Shown here: positions 17,578-26,317 of the stretch, piece by piece
How the letters are laid out: every line of letters begins with the position of its first letter
How positions within the stretch are numbered: the stretch's first letter is position 1
DNA from: Candidatus Woesearchaeota archaeon
Lineage (GTDB): Archaea > Nanobdellota > Nanobdellia > Woesearchaeales > JABIAG01
Assembly (NCBI GenBank): GCA_019323235.1
Contig: JAHWHN010000014.1
Coordinates: 1-32,731, forward strand
DNA length: 32,731 nt
Direction: 5' to 3'
The notes under the pieces: model-generated
The model's database searches: none
Seen by the model: only the letters and a program-made list of their open reading frames with translations
What the model was told of the DNA's origin: nothing
Made by a program: the position numbers and the translations under genes

Positions 17578-17653
17578 GGGCCCATGGTCTAGTGGCTATG
17601 ACACCGCCCTTACAAGGCGTTGATCCCCGGTTCGAGTCCGGGTGGGCCCACCA
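17578..17653 (+). tRNA. tRNA-Val (anticodon UAC), CCA encoded
   Basis: Acceptor GGGCCCA/TGGGCCC, anticodon loop CT-TAC-AA, T arm CCCGG-TTCGAGT-CCGGG, then A-CCA. Confidence 0.85.
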
Positions 17654-17682
17654 CATTAAAACTCGAAATGGACTTAAAACAT

Positions 17683-17757
17683 GCCCTGGTGGTGTAGTCC
17701 GGCCAATCATCTCGGATTTTCGATCCGAGGACTCGGGTTCAAATCCCGGCTAGGGCA
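17683..17757 (+). tRNA. tRNA-Glu (anticodon UUC)
   Basis: GCCCTGG/CTAGGGC acceptor, the archaeal tRNA-Glu D region GTGGTGTAGTCCGGCCAATCAT, anticodon stem TCGGA/TCCGA, loop TT-TTC-GA. Confidence 0.9.
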
Positions 17758-17786
17758 TTTATGCTTATTAGGAAAAATAAAACAAA

Positions 17787-17888
17787 ATGAAAAGAAGTTC
17801 ACGAAGATGGAAAAAGAAAGGCCAGATGAGATGGAAATGGCAAAGAAAAAAGATGAAAAAAGAGAGAAAGAAAAGAAAAATGAGATAA
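17787..17888 (+). CDS. rpl41e: 50S ribosomal protein eL41
   Basis: 33-codon ORF MKRSSRRWKKKGQMRWKWQRKKMKKERKKRKMR. It is extremely basic and matches the archaeal L41e pattern KRSSRRWKKKG.MRWKW. It lies in a different frame from the spurious track ORF 17681-17977. Confidence 0.8.
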   Translation: MKRSSRRWKKKGQMRWKWQRKKMKKERKKRKMR

Positions 17889-18035
17889 ACTCATTTAATT
17901 TTTTAATTTTTTTATACAAATTCTACATTAAACAAAATATTGAAAACCAATCATCTAATTATATTAGAATTAATTAGATTCTCATTTCTAAATTATTTAA
18001 TAAAATATTAATCAAAATATAAATTAAAAAAGAAG

Positions 18036-18173
18036 TGCGGCGCACAGGGCTCGAACCTGCGTAGGCACTAAGCCAATAGATGGCTCATAGGGAACATATC
18101 ATTGGTTTCTTTTGAAAACCTCATTATTCAAATAACTTGAGTCTACCCCGTTTGACCACTCCGGCAACGCCGC
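18036..18173 (-). tRNA. tRNA-Leu (anticodon CAA), class II, with a 54-nt intron at 37/38
   Basis: Reverse complement reads GCGGCGT-TG-CCGG-AGTGGTCAAA-CGGG-G-TAGA(27-31 GTAGA)-CT-CAA-G[intron = plus 18082-18135]A-TCTAT, then a long variable arm (TGGCTTAGTGCCTAC), T arm GCAGG-TTCGAGC-CCTGT, and GCGCCGC-A. Confidence 0.85.
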
Positions 18174-18231
18174 ATTAATATTAAATGATTCAATACTAAT
18201 AAAAATTCAGAATAAGAATTCATTTAAAAAG

Positions 18232-18588
18232 TTATCTTTTCATTAAATTTAATTTTTCTTCTAATTGATTTAATTCACTTTCAAAATCAGATAAATCTTT
18301 TGGCTCTTCGATTGATTTCTTCTTAACCACTTTCTTAACAACTTTTTTAGGTTCAACAGTTTCAGAAATTTTTGTTGTTGGAAAAATTCTTTTTAATTTA
18401 ATCATTAATTTTTTCAATTCTTCAACTTCAGCATTATACTCTTCAATTAAAGAAAACTTTTCAATTCTAATTTCCTTAATTTCTTCAAAAACTCTTAAAT
18501 TATTAATTACTTCTTTAGAAGTTTCTAATATGTTTCTTCTAATCTCAACAGGATTACTAATTCCAACATAATTGTCTTCATTACTCAT
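18232..18588 (-). CDS. hypothetical coiled-coil protein (third gene of the trio)
   Basis: The track ORF runs to 18606. The ATG at 18588 (MSNEDNY) lies 1 nt after the stop of the upstream gene. Helical heptad-rich N-terminal region ending KLKRIFP, a lysine-rich linker (KKVVKKVVKKK), then a second short coiled coil. Confidence 0.6.
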   Translation of the reverse strand: MSNEDNYVGISNPVEIRRNILETSKEVINNLRVFEEIKEIRIEKFSLIEEYNAEVEELKKLMIKLKRIFPTTKISETVEPKKVVKKVVKKKSIEEPKDLSDFESELNQLEEKLNLMKR

Positions 18589-18589
18589 T

Positions 18590-18823
18590 TTAATTATCAG
18601 GTTCAAATAAACTATTATTTAAGTTATTCAATTTGTTTTCAATATCTAAAATATTGCTTCTCCATTGATTGATTTTTTCATCTTCTTTTCTCTTTAAATC
18701 ATCAATTTTTACTAATACTTCTTTTGCTTTTTCTACTTTATCTCTTACAATATTCATTAGATCAAGTACATCTTCATACTTATCAATTTTTATAAAAACA
18801 GGCATCTTATCCATTTCATTCAC
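18590..18823 (-). CDS. hypothetical coiled-coil protein (second gene of the trio)
   Basis: 74-77 aa, starting at GTG 18823 or ATG 18814. Aligns without gaps to the C-terminal roughly 66 aa of the upstream 191-aa protein. Confidence 0.6.
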   Translation of the reverse strand: MNEMDKMPVFIKIDKYEDVLDLMNIVRDKVEKAKEVLVKIDDLKRKEDEKINQWRSNILDIENKLNNLNNSLFEPDN

Positions 18824-19386
18824 TCTCCAAATAATGTTTTATCAACATAAACTAACTTTCTTTGAACATCTTCCATACTATCACTAAATTCAGTATAGCT
18901 AATATCTTCTTTTGTTTTAATATCAATTAATTCCGGTTCTAAATCTTTTGAATCCTTAATTAAAGAAGATATATTTTTTAATTCATCTAGAATATGAGAA
19001 TAATTTGATTTTTCTAAAAATAAAAAGTCTTTATGACCTTCTCTATCATCTTTTACATAATGATATTTTTTAAAACTAACTTCAGAAGGGATACTCAAAT
19101 ATTGTGGCCTTTCCATTTTCATGTTTTCTTGACTTGATGATGATTCCATACCTAATTTACTATCCATTTCGGATTGTGAAGTTGGTTGAAAATCAGATTC
19201 TAAACCACCCATATCTGGGAAAGGATTTGATTCAAAACTTTCATTAGGCATATTTTGGTTTAAATCTCTTCCAGAAATTCTAGGAATTTCAATCGGTTCT
19301 GGCATAGGCAAACCTGGTCCATCTGGATTAGGTGGAATTGGTAAGTTTTCAGGCAAATCCGTTTTTTTCTTTTTAAATCCCCACAT
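18820..19386 (-). CDS. hypothetical protein: Pro/acidic low-complexity N-terminal region plus a C-terminal coiled-coil domain (first gene of the trio)
   Basis: The track ORF starts at GTG 19395; the first ATG is at 19386 (MWGFKKKK). PENLPIPPNPDGPGLPMPEPIEIP, then an S/E/M-rich stretch, then FLFLEKSNYSHILDEL...KLVYVDKTLF. Ends in TGA, overlapping the next ORF. Confidence 0.6.
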   Translation of the reverse strand: MWGFKKKKTDLPENLPIPPNPDGPGLPMPEPIEIPRISGRDLNQNMPNESFESNPFPDMGGLESDFQPTSQSEMDSKLGMESSSSQENMKMERPQYLSIPSEVSFKKYHYVKDDREGHKDFLFLEKSNYSHILDELKNISSLIKDSKDLEPELIDIKTKEDISYTEFSDSMEDVQRKLVYVDKTLFGE

Positions 19387-19465
19387 ATCTATCACAAATA
19401 AGAAAATAGTGGTTACCCCTTATTAAGTTTTATTTACACTCCACAATAGTAAATGAAATTAAAAA

Positions 19466-19477
19466 CCTTTTAAAATA
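19466..19477 (+). promoter_or_regulatory. BRE/TATA-like element (leaderless spacing) for the ORF at 19498
   Basis: aaaaa-ccttttaaaata, centred about 26 nt upstream of the ATG at 19498. Confidence 0.45.
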
Positions 19478-19497
19478 AGAAGAAAAACTAACCTATT

Positions 19498-20025
19498 ATG
19501 GATAAGATAAAAGCAAAAATAATCTTGGAAATTGCAGGATACCCTGAGAAACATGTAGAAGAAACTATGAAGAAAGTCATAGAAAAAATAGAAACAACAG
19601 ATAAATATACTTTAGAAGATAAAGAAATATTTCCTGTTGAAGAAAAAGATGAAACTTTTGCAACTTTTTCTGAATTAACTATTACTTTTGAAAACATAGT
19701 TGATGTTTATGAGTTTTGCTTTAACTTTATGCCATCTTCAATAGACATAATAGAACCAGAAGATAGCATTACAATAAAACCCGATGAGTTTAACAATGGA
19801 ATTAATGATCTTATTGCTACAATACATCATCAAGATATGTTCTTAAAAAATAGTAATGCTAATCTAAAAAAAATAAACGATAATTTAAATAAACTATTAC
19901 TTAATTTTGTTGCCTACCTTCATAAAGATGGAAAAACAATTCCAGAAATGCAAAGATTTATAGGTATAAGTGAAGAAAGAATTAAAGAGTTTATAAAAAC
20001 GTTTAAAAAAAATGACAAACAATGA
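19498..20025 (+). CDS. hypothetical protein, translationally coupled to scpB
   Basis: 175 aa. The 14-nt overlap with scpB suggests translational coupling. The N-terminal half looks like a small alpha/beta domain. The C-terminal end (GKTIPEMQRFIGISEERIKEFIKTF) is HTH-like. No family recognised. Confidence 0.55.
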   Translation: MDKIKAKIILEIAGYPEKHVEETMKKVIEKIETTDKYTLEDKEIFPVEEKDETFATFSELTITFENIVDVYEFCFNFMPSSIDIIEPEDSITIKPDEFNNGINDLIATIHHQDMFLKNSNANLKKINDNLNKLLLNFVAYLHKDGKTIPEMQRFIGISEERIKEFIKTFKKNDKQ

Positions 20026-20623
20026 TTTATTGAGGCTCGAAGCATTACTTTTTGCTTATGGGAAATATGTAGAAGAAGAAGAATTAAGTAAAATTCTTAA
20101 TATTAAAGATTTAAATTCGGCATTAAAAAAACTTCAAGATAAATACAATACATTAGAAACAGCAATTAAATTAGTTCAAAATAAAACTTCTTGGAAATTA
20201 ACAGTAAAGGATGAATATTTAGATTTAGTAAAAAATATTGTTACAAAAACAGAATTAGATAGGCCAACTATGGAAACTTTAGCAGTAATTGCTTTCAAAA
20301 ATCCAATTTTGCAAACAGAAGTAATTAAAGCAAGAGGCAGTGGTGCTTATGAATATATTAAAAATTTACTAGAAACTGGATATATCACAAAAGAAAAATC
20401 AGGTAGAAGTTTCAAATTAAGATTAACTCAAAAATTCTTTGATTATTTTGACTTACCTGAAGATAAAGTAAAAGAGTTTTTTTCTCAATATGAAGAGGTT
20501 GATAAAAACTTAAAAGAAAAGGAAAAAATCAACGAAAATCTGAAAAAAGAACTTGAAAAACAAGAAGAAATTAAAAAACAATTAAAAGAAAATCAACAAT
20601 TAAGTAATTATTCTGAGGAGTAA
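20012..20623 (+). CDS. scpB: segregation and condensation protein B (ScpB)
   Basis: LLRLEALLFAYGKYVEEEELSKIL start and a second winged helix (LETLAVIAFKNPILQTEVIKARG...Y..IK.L...GYI). 203 aa. Confidence 0.85.
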   Translation: MTNNDLLRLEALLFAYGKYVEEEELSKILNIKDLNSALKKLQDKYNTLETAIKLVQNKTSWKLTVKDEYLDLVKNIVTKTELDRPTMETLAVIAFKNPILQTEVIKARGSGAYEYIKNLLETGYITKEKSGRSFKLRLTQKFFDYFDLPEDKVKEFFSQYEEVDKNLKEKEKINENLKKELEKQEEIKKQLKENQQLSNYSEE

Positions 20624-20630
20624 CCATAAT

Positions 20631-20642
20631 ACTTATAAATTG
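20631..20642 (+). promoter_or_regulatory. TATA-like box (leaderless spacing) for gyrA
   Basis: acttataaattg, centred about 26 nt upstream of the ATG at 20662. Confidence 0.4.
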
Positions 20643-20661
20643 ATGTTTTTTTGTTATTAAA

Positions 20662-23301
20662 ATGGATGGGGAGAACGTTAATAATCAAACTGAGAAACGA
20701 GGAATTATTTCTCAAAATGTAATAGAAGATGAGATGAAACAATCTTATCTTGCTTATTCTATGAGTGTTATCGTAGGTAGAGCTTTACCTGATGTAAAAG
20801 ATGGTTTAAAACCAGTCCATAGAAGAATTCTTTATGCTATGAACAGCATGGGTATGTTTCACAATAAACCTTCTAAAAAATCCGCAAGAATTGTTGGAGA
20901 AGTAATAGGTAAATATCATCCACACGGAGATACTGCTGTTTATGACACAATGGTTAGAATGGCTCAAGATTTCTCTTTAAGATATCCTTTAATTAACGGT
21001 CAAGGTAACTTTGGTAGTGTTGATGGAGATAGAGCAGCAGCTATGAGGTATACTGAAGCAAAACTAAATAAAATTGCTGAAGAAATGTTAAAAGATTTGG
21101 ATAAAGAAACTGTTGAATTCGTACCAAACTTCGATGAAGAATTGACAGAACCAGCATACTTGCCTTGTAAAATTCCTAATTTATTAGTAAATGGTAGTTC
21201 AGGTATTGCTGTTGGTATGGCAACTAACATCCCACCTTACAATCTAACTGAAGTTTGTGAAGGTATGATTAAATTAATTGAAAGTGAAGGATGTTCTGAT
21301 GAAGAACTTAATGAGATTATCAAAGGTCCAGATTTCCCTACAGGTGGAATTATTGTTGGAAAAGGCGGTATTAGAAGTGCTTTCAGAACAGGAAGAGGGA
21401 AAGCTGTAATAAGATCAAAATTACATACTGAAGAAAAAAACAATAAGAAACAATTAATTGTTGATGAAATTCCATATATGGTTAACAAATCTAATTTACT
21501 TATTCAAATAGCAGACTGTGTTAAAGATAAAAGAATTGAAGGTATAACTGGCTTAAGAGATGAATCCGATAGAGATGGAATGAGAATAGTTATAGAATTA
21601 AAACAAGGTGCTAATGAAGAAGTTGTTAAAAATCAATTATTCAAATATACAAGACTTCAAGATACTTTTGGAATAATTATGCTTTGCTTAGTTAATTATG
21701 AACCAAAAATTTTAGGAATTAGAGATTTATTAAACCAATTCATAAATCATAGATTTGATGTAGTAACTAGAAGAACTATATACGAATTAAAAGTTGCTCA
21801 AGAAAAAGAACACATTCTAAAAGGTTTAACTATTGCTTTAGACAATATTGATGAGGTTATTAGAAAGATTAAAGCTTCTAAAACAACAACTGAAGCTTCA
21901 GAAATGCTTCAAAATGATTATTCATTATCTGATAAACAAGCAAAAGCAATTTTAGAAATGAGACTACAAAAATTAAGCTCATTAGAACAACAAAAAATAA
22001 GAACAGAGATGGATGAATTGGTTAGAACTATTTCTAGATTAAAGGAAATTTTAGAAAGTAAAGAAGAAATTTACTCAATCATTAAAGAAGAAACTCGAGA
22101 AATTATTGAGAAATATGGAGATTCTAGAAAAACTCAAATTATTGATGCCGATGATTTTGATGTTGAAGATGAAGATTTAATCAAAGAAGAAGACATGGTT
22201 GTAACTTTAACTCATGAAGGATATATTAAAAGATTACCTATTGATACTTATAAAAATCAAAATAGAGGCGGAAAAGGAGTTATTGCTACAAAAACAAAAG
22301 ATGAGGACTTTGTAGAAGAAATCTTTGTTTCATCAACACACTCATATTTACTAATCTTTACAGACAAAGGAAAAGTATATTGGAAAAAGGTTTATACAAT
22401 TCCTGAAGCTTCAAGAACTGCAAAAGGAATTCCTATTGTAAATTTAATCAGAAAAGAAAAAGATGAAAAGGTTACTGCAGTTATTCCAGTGAGAGAATTT
22501 GAAGAAGGAAAATTCTTAATGTTTGCAACTAAGAATGGTACAATTAAAAGAACTAGTCTTGATAATTACTCAAATCCAAGAAATGGTGGAATCATCGCAC
22601 TTGGTTTAGAAGAAGGGGATGAATTAATTAATGTTGCTTTAACAAGCGGTAATGATCAAATAATGATTGCTACAAAAGATGGAAGAGCTGTTAAATTTAA
22701 TGAAACTGATGCTAGAGAAATGGGAAGAAATGCAAAAGGTGTTAGAGGAATTAAAATAAGAAAGTCTGAAGTTGTAGGAATGGTTATTGCTAATGATGAA
22801 GATACTTTATTGACTATTACAAACAAAGGATATGGAAAGAAAACTCCAATCTCTGATTATAGATTAATTAACAGAGGTGGTTCTGGAGTTAGAAATATTA
22901 AATGTACTGAAAAGAATGGCGAAGTTGTTTCAATTAAAACAATTGAAGGTAATGAAGATCTTATCTTAATTTCAAGAAATGGTATTGCTATTAGAACATC
23001 ATCCTCAAACATATCAACAATTGGAAGAAATACTCAAGGAGTTAGAGTAATGAAAATGTCTGAAGATGACAAAGTTGTTGCTGTGGCAAAATATGCAAAT
23101 GAAGAAGAAACAGAAATAAAATCAAATTCTCAAGACAATAATAAGACAGAAGAACCTGTTGATACTGAAGATATTTATTCTGATGAACAAAGAGAAGAAC
23201 AAGTAGAGTCAGGAGAGATTTCTGCAGAAGAAGAAAGTATCGTTGAAGGTTTTGAAGATGATGAAGATAAGTCTTTTGAAACTGAAGACAAAGATTATTA
23301 A
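20662..23301 (+). CDS. gyrA: DNA gyrase subunit A
   Basis: [38 protein letters not shown], active-site [10 protein letters not shown], a C-terminal beta-pinwheel repeat region, and an acidic tail. 879 aa. Confidence 0.97.
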   Translation: MDGENVNNQTEKRGIISQNVIEDEMKQSYLAYSMSVIVGRALPDVKDGLKPVHRRILYAMNSMGMFHNKPSKKSARIVGEVIGKYHPHGDTAVYDTMVRMAQDFSLRYPLINGQGNFGSVDGDRAAAMRYTEAKLNKIAEEMLKDLDKETVEFVPNFDEELTEPAYLPCKIPNLLVNGSSGIAVGMATNIPPYNLTEVCEGMIKLIESEGCSDEELNEIIKGPDFPTGGIIVGKGGIRSAFRTGRGKAVIRSKLHTEEKNNKKQLIVDEIPYMVNKSNLLIQIADCVKDKRIEGITGLRDESDRDGMRIVIELKQGANEEVVKNQLFKYTRLQDTFGIIMLCLVNYEPKILGIRDLLNQFINHRFDVVTRRTIYELKVAQEKEHILKGLTIALDNIDEVIRKIKASKTTTEASEMLQNDYSLSDKQAKAILEMRLQKLSSLEQQKIRTEMDELVRTISRLKEILESKEEIYSIIKEETREIIEKYGDSRKTQIIDADDFDVEDEDLIKEEDMVVTLTHEGYIKRLPIDTYKNQNRGGKGVIATKTKDEDFVEEIFVSSTHSYLLIFTDKGKVYWKKVYTIPEASRTAKGIPIVNLIRKEKDEKVTAVIPVREFEEGKFLMFATKNGTIKRTSLDNYSNPRNGGIIALGLEEGDELINVALTSGNDQIMIATKDGRAVKFNETDAREMGRNAKGVRGIKIRKSEVVGMVIANDEDTLLTITNKGYGKKTPISDYRLINRGGSGVRNIKCTEKNGEVVSIKTIEGNEDLILISRNGIAIRTSSSNISTIGRNTQGVRVMKMSEDDKVVAVAKYANEEETEIKSNSQDNNKTEEPVDTEDIYSDEQREEQVESGEISAEEESIVEGFEDDEDKSFETEDKDY

Positions 23302-23324
23302 TATCTTAAAATTTTAAATTAAAA

Positions 23325-24485
23325 TTATATTCTAGAAATTACTTTAGTATCACAACATTTTAAAGTTGTTAATAACAATAATGTAGATACCACTGAACAA
23401 ACTAATGCCATCACAAAAGCATAATTCTGATTAATTTCAAATAAAAATCCTGCTAATAAACCAGAAGGTAAAGAAGCTAAACTAGTAATTGTATAAAAAG
23501 TTCCTAACGCAGTACCTCTATAACTTCTAGCAGATAAATCTGAAACAAATGCTCTTTCATTACTTTGAACTAAAGCATACATAACTCCATATAGTGCAAA
23601 GAAAACTAAAAAATGTTCCCATTTAGAAGAAAAAATGAATCCTAATGCAACAATAGACATTAAAGAATATCCTGCTAACAAAACTTTATCTTTACCTATC
23701 TTATCAGCAATAGCTCCAGATGGATAAGCAAAAGAAGTATAAAACATTTGGAATAAAGTATATAATAGTATTGGAATTGCTATAACAAATATTCCTTCAA
23801 ATAAATTCATTGTTTTCAATATAAAAAACATATAAGAGAAATTACCAATTGCGAATATTGAAGATGCTAAGTAAAACATTTTCAATCTTTTAGGATAATT
23901 GGCAAATTTAAAAACAAATTTTGATGCTGTTGAATGATTTTTTACATCTTTTGTGAAAAAAAGTGGAATTATTGAAATGAAAGAAATTAATCCAGCTATC
24001 AAAATAATATTTCTTAAAGTAAAACCAAAGAACCAAAACAAAGCAAATGTAAATAAACTTCCTATTACTGCTCCTGCAGAATCAAACATTCTATGGAAAC
24101 CAAATACCTTTCCTCTTTTATTAGAGGATGCTGCCAACATAGAATCTCTTGGAGCACTTCTAATTCCCTTCCCTATTCTTTCACCAGTTCTCATCACAAA
24201 TATGAAAGGCCAAGAGTTTGCAAAAAACAAACCTAATTTAGAAAATGCTGCAATTAAATAACCATTAAAAACAAAAGGCTTTCTTGAGTTTAATCTATCA
24301 GACCAATAACCAGATAAAACTTTCAAAATTGAAGAAATACTATCTCCCAAACCAGTAATTAAACCAACAGCTATTCCTCCTCCTCCCAACTGAGCAATAA
24401 ACAAAGGAAGTATTGGTAAAATCATCTTAGAAGATAAATCATTAATTAAGGATACTATTGAAAGTAATAAAATGTTCTTCTTCAT
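23325..24485 (-). CDS. MFS-type membrane transporter
   Basis: 386 aa, about 12 hydrophobic segments, MFS loop 2-3 motif-like GYWSDRLNSRKP. Confidence 0.7.
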   Translation of the reverse strand: MKKNILLLSIVSLINDLSSKMILPILPLFIAQLGGGGIAVGLITGLGDSISSILKVLSGYWSDRLNSRKPFVFNGYLIAAFSKLGLFFANSWPFIFVMRTGERIGKGIRSAPRDSMLAASSNKRGKVFGFHRMFDSAGAVIGSLFTFALFWFFGFTLRNIILIAGLISFISIIPLFFTKDVKNHSTASKFVFKFANYPKRLKMFYLASSIFAIGNFSYMFFILKTMNLFEGIFVIAIPILLYTLFQMFYTSFAYPSGAIADKIGKDKVLLAGYSLMSIVALGFIFSSKWEHFLVFFALYGVMYALVQSNERAFVSDLSARSYRGTALGTFYTITSLASLPSGLLAGFLFEINQNYAFVMALVCSVVSTLLLLTTLKCCDTKVISRI

Positions 24486-24511
24486 AAACTATAAAATTAA
24501 TTAAGATATAT

Positions 24512-25573
24512 TTAATTCTTTTGTTTAAGGTTTTTGTAATTCTTTACAAAATTGTCTAAATATAACTTAAGATTTTCTTTGATTTTTAATTTTGTTTCGG
24601 TATCCACTTCAATTTTTTCAATCAAAGCATCCCAATCTTGCAATTTGTAAACATCATCACAACTAAATAAACTTATGAAATTTCTTCCAGCTAATTTAAC
24701 TTGCCTTTCTACTTCTAAACCATCTTCTGTATTAAAGATATTTGTGGCTGGTAATTTTGTAATGGCATTACAACCTGCTTTAACTAATAAAGAAATTTCT
24801 TTGATTCTATGTCTAGCAGTTCCAACAATAATTTCTAATTTTGGGAAAGCAATTCTTATCTTAGAAATCCACCAAACTAACTCTTCTGTATTTGGACCAT
24901 GATTAAAACTAGTCCCTTTAACTGGTCTTAATGCATAAATTGTAATTCTATCTAAAGGATTTTTTTCTATAAAATCTTTAAGTAGTTCGAAATCTTCTTT
25001 GACTTCACCCAAACCGACAATAAAAGTCATACTTCGTTTATATCCTAAATCTTTACAATCATCTAATAATTTAAAGTAAGGTTTCATTGGTTTGTCAGGA
25101 CATACTTTTTTATGTAATTCCGGATTAATTGTTTCTAGACTAGCTACGACACCTTGTGTAGAATCTTTAAAATTAGCCAATTTTTCTTTATCCATAAATC
25201 CAACATTTAACCAAATTTTTTCACCAAGAGCTTGTTCACAGGATTTAGCAATTTTAACCATTTCTTCATGTGGGAATATTTCATAACCACCAGTTAAGAA
25301 CTCTAATCTCCAATTAAAACCTTGAATCATTAAAGCTTCAGATAATACACTAGCTATTGATCTTCTTGCTCCAGCAGGATTTTCTATTTTATGTTTTTGA
25401 GTGGATCTAAAACAAAAAGTACATGTTCCTATACTACAATACCATGAAAGAAAGATACATCTTCCAAACCAAATGTTACCATCAAAATTATTTTGATAAA
25501 CAATATTAGCTTCTTCCATTAAAGCATTTACTTCATCACTCAATTTTGGAGTTTCAATTAATTCCTTATCCAT
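24512..25573 (-). CDS. radical SAM protein with a biotin-synthase-like (BioB/ThiH/HydE) core
   Basis: Cys cluster WYCSIGTCTFC, then a BioB-like layout (LTGG..., FIVGLGEVKEDF, ITIYALRPVKGT, KAGCNAI). 353 aa. Confidence 0.7.
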   Translation of the reverse strand: MDKELIETPKLSDEVNALMEEANIVYQNNFDGNIWFGRCIFLSWYCSIGTCTFCFRSTQKHKIENPAGARRSIASVLSEALMIQGFNWRLEFLTGGYEIFPHEEMVKIAKSCEQALGEKIWLNVGFMDKEKLANFKDSTQGVVASLETINPELHKKVCPDKPMKPYFKLLDDCKDLGYKRSMTFIVGLGEVKEDFELLKDFIEKNPLDRITIYALRPVKGTSFNHGPNTEELVWWISKIRIAFPKLEIIVGTARHRIKEISLLVKAGCNAITKLPATNIFNTEDGLEVERQVKLAGRNFISLFSCDDVYKLQDWDALIEKIEVDTETKLKIKENLKLYLDNFVKNYKNLKQKN

Positions 25574-25643
25574 GGTTAAAAGAATTCAAGATTTATTTAA
25601 AAAAGCTTCTAATTTTTTTAAAATCTATATTTAAAATTTAAAA

Positions 25644-26261
25644 TTACTCTAAACTAAATTCATTTAATAATTTTTTACAAGTACAACCATCACCAAGTTG
25701 GAATAAAGCAATTTTACTTACATTGAAAGAAATTGGAAATTTCAAATCTTTACAAAATTTATCAGAATCATAACAACATAAAGTAAGATGTGGATTATAA
25801 TCATCCCCAAATTGAGTTTTAGAATGTTTATTCAACATTTCTTTAGAACTATCACTTATTCCTGTTGATTCCCCATCAACTAAGACATAAGGACCATCGC
25901 AATTTACAACGTGCCTAGCAATTCTATAATGAATTTCATTATGTAATTCCCTTAATTTTTTAGGTACATTGATTTTTAGAAAACCTCTCCTCTCTCCCTC
26001 TGGGCCATACATTTCAACACCAGTTATTTTAAGAGTTAATGGTTCTGTGGCAGCAGAAATTTTCCCCAAATCTCTAATCATGCAAGGAAGCTTATCATCA
26101 TAAACACAACCCATTGTTAAAGAAATATGAGGAACACAATTAACCTTATTTAATTTATGCCTACCTTTGCCTTTTTTGAATGCTTTTTCATTTACCTCTA
26201 TACATAAATCCATGATTTCTTCAGGAGGTAATAAAACAACATCAATAGCAATTTTTTTCAT
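25644..26261 (-). CDS. 2H phosphoesterase superfamily protein (LigT / cyclic phosphodiesterase-like)
   Basis: Two H-x-(S/T)-x motifs with the expected spacing: VPHISLTMG and NPHLTLCC. 205 aa. Confidence 0.6.
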   Translation of the reverse strand: MKKIAIDVVLLPPEEIMDLCIEVNEKAFKKGKGRHKLNKVNCVPHISLTMGCVYDDKLPCMIRDLGKISAATEPLTLKITGVEMYGPEGERRGFLKINVPKKLRELHNEIHYRIARHVVNCDGPYVLVDGESTGISDSSKEMLNKHSKTQFGDDYNPHLTLCCYDSDKFCKDLKFPISFNVSKIALFQLGDGCTCKKLLNEFSLE

Positions 26262-26317
26262 AAAAAATAATCTTTGTCTTAAGGGTTTATAAAATTTGTT
26301 AAGATTAAATGATTAAA

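Noticed and set aside
17136-17977. Track ORFs 17136-17216 (N-terminal extension), 17519-17710 (-), 17681-17977 (+) and 17707-17919 (-)
   Set aside because: They run through tRNA-Gly, tRNA-Val and tRNA-Glu or lie antisense to them. Their sequences are low-complexity translations of tRNA or poly-purine DNA. The real coding features here are the YtxJ-like gene (from 17217) and eL41 (17787-17888, in a different frame).
18082-18135. C/D-box guide RNA encoded in the tRNA-Leu intron
   Set aside because: There is no CUGA D box, and only imperfect C-box-like strings are present.
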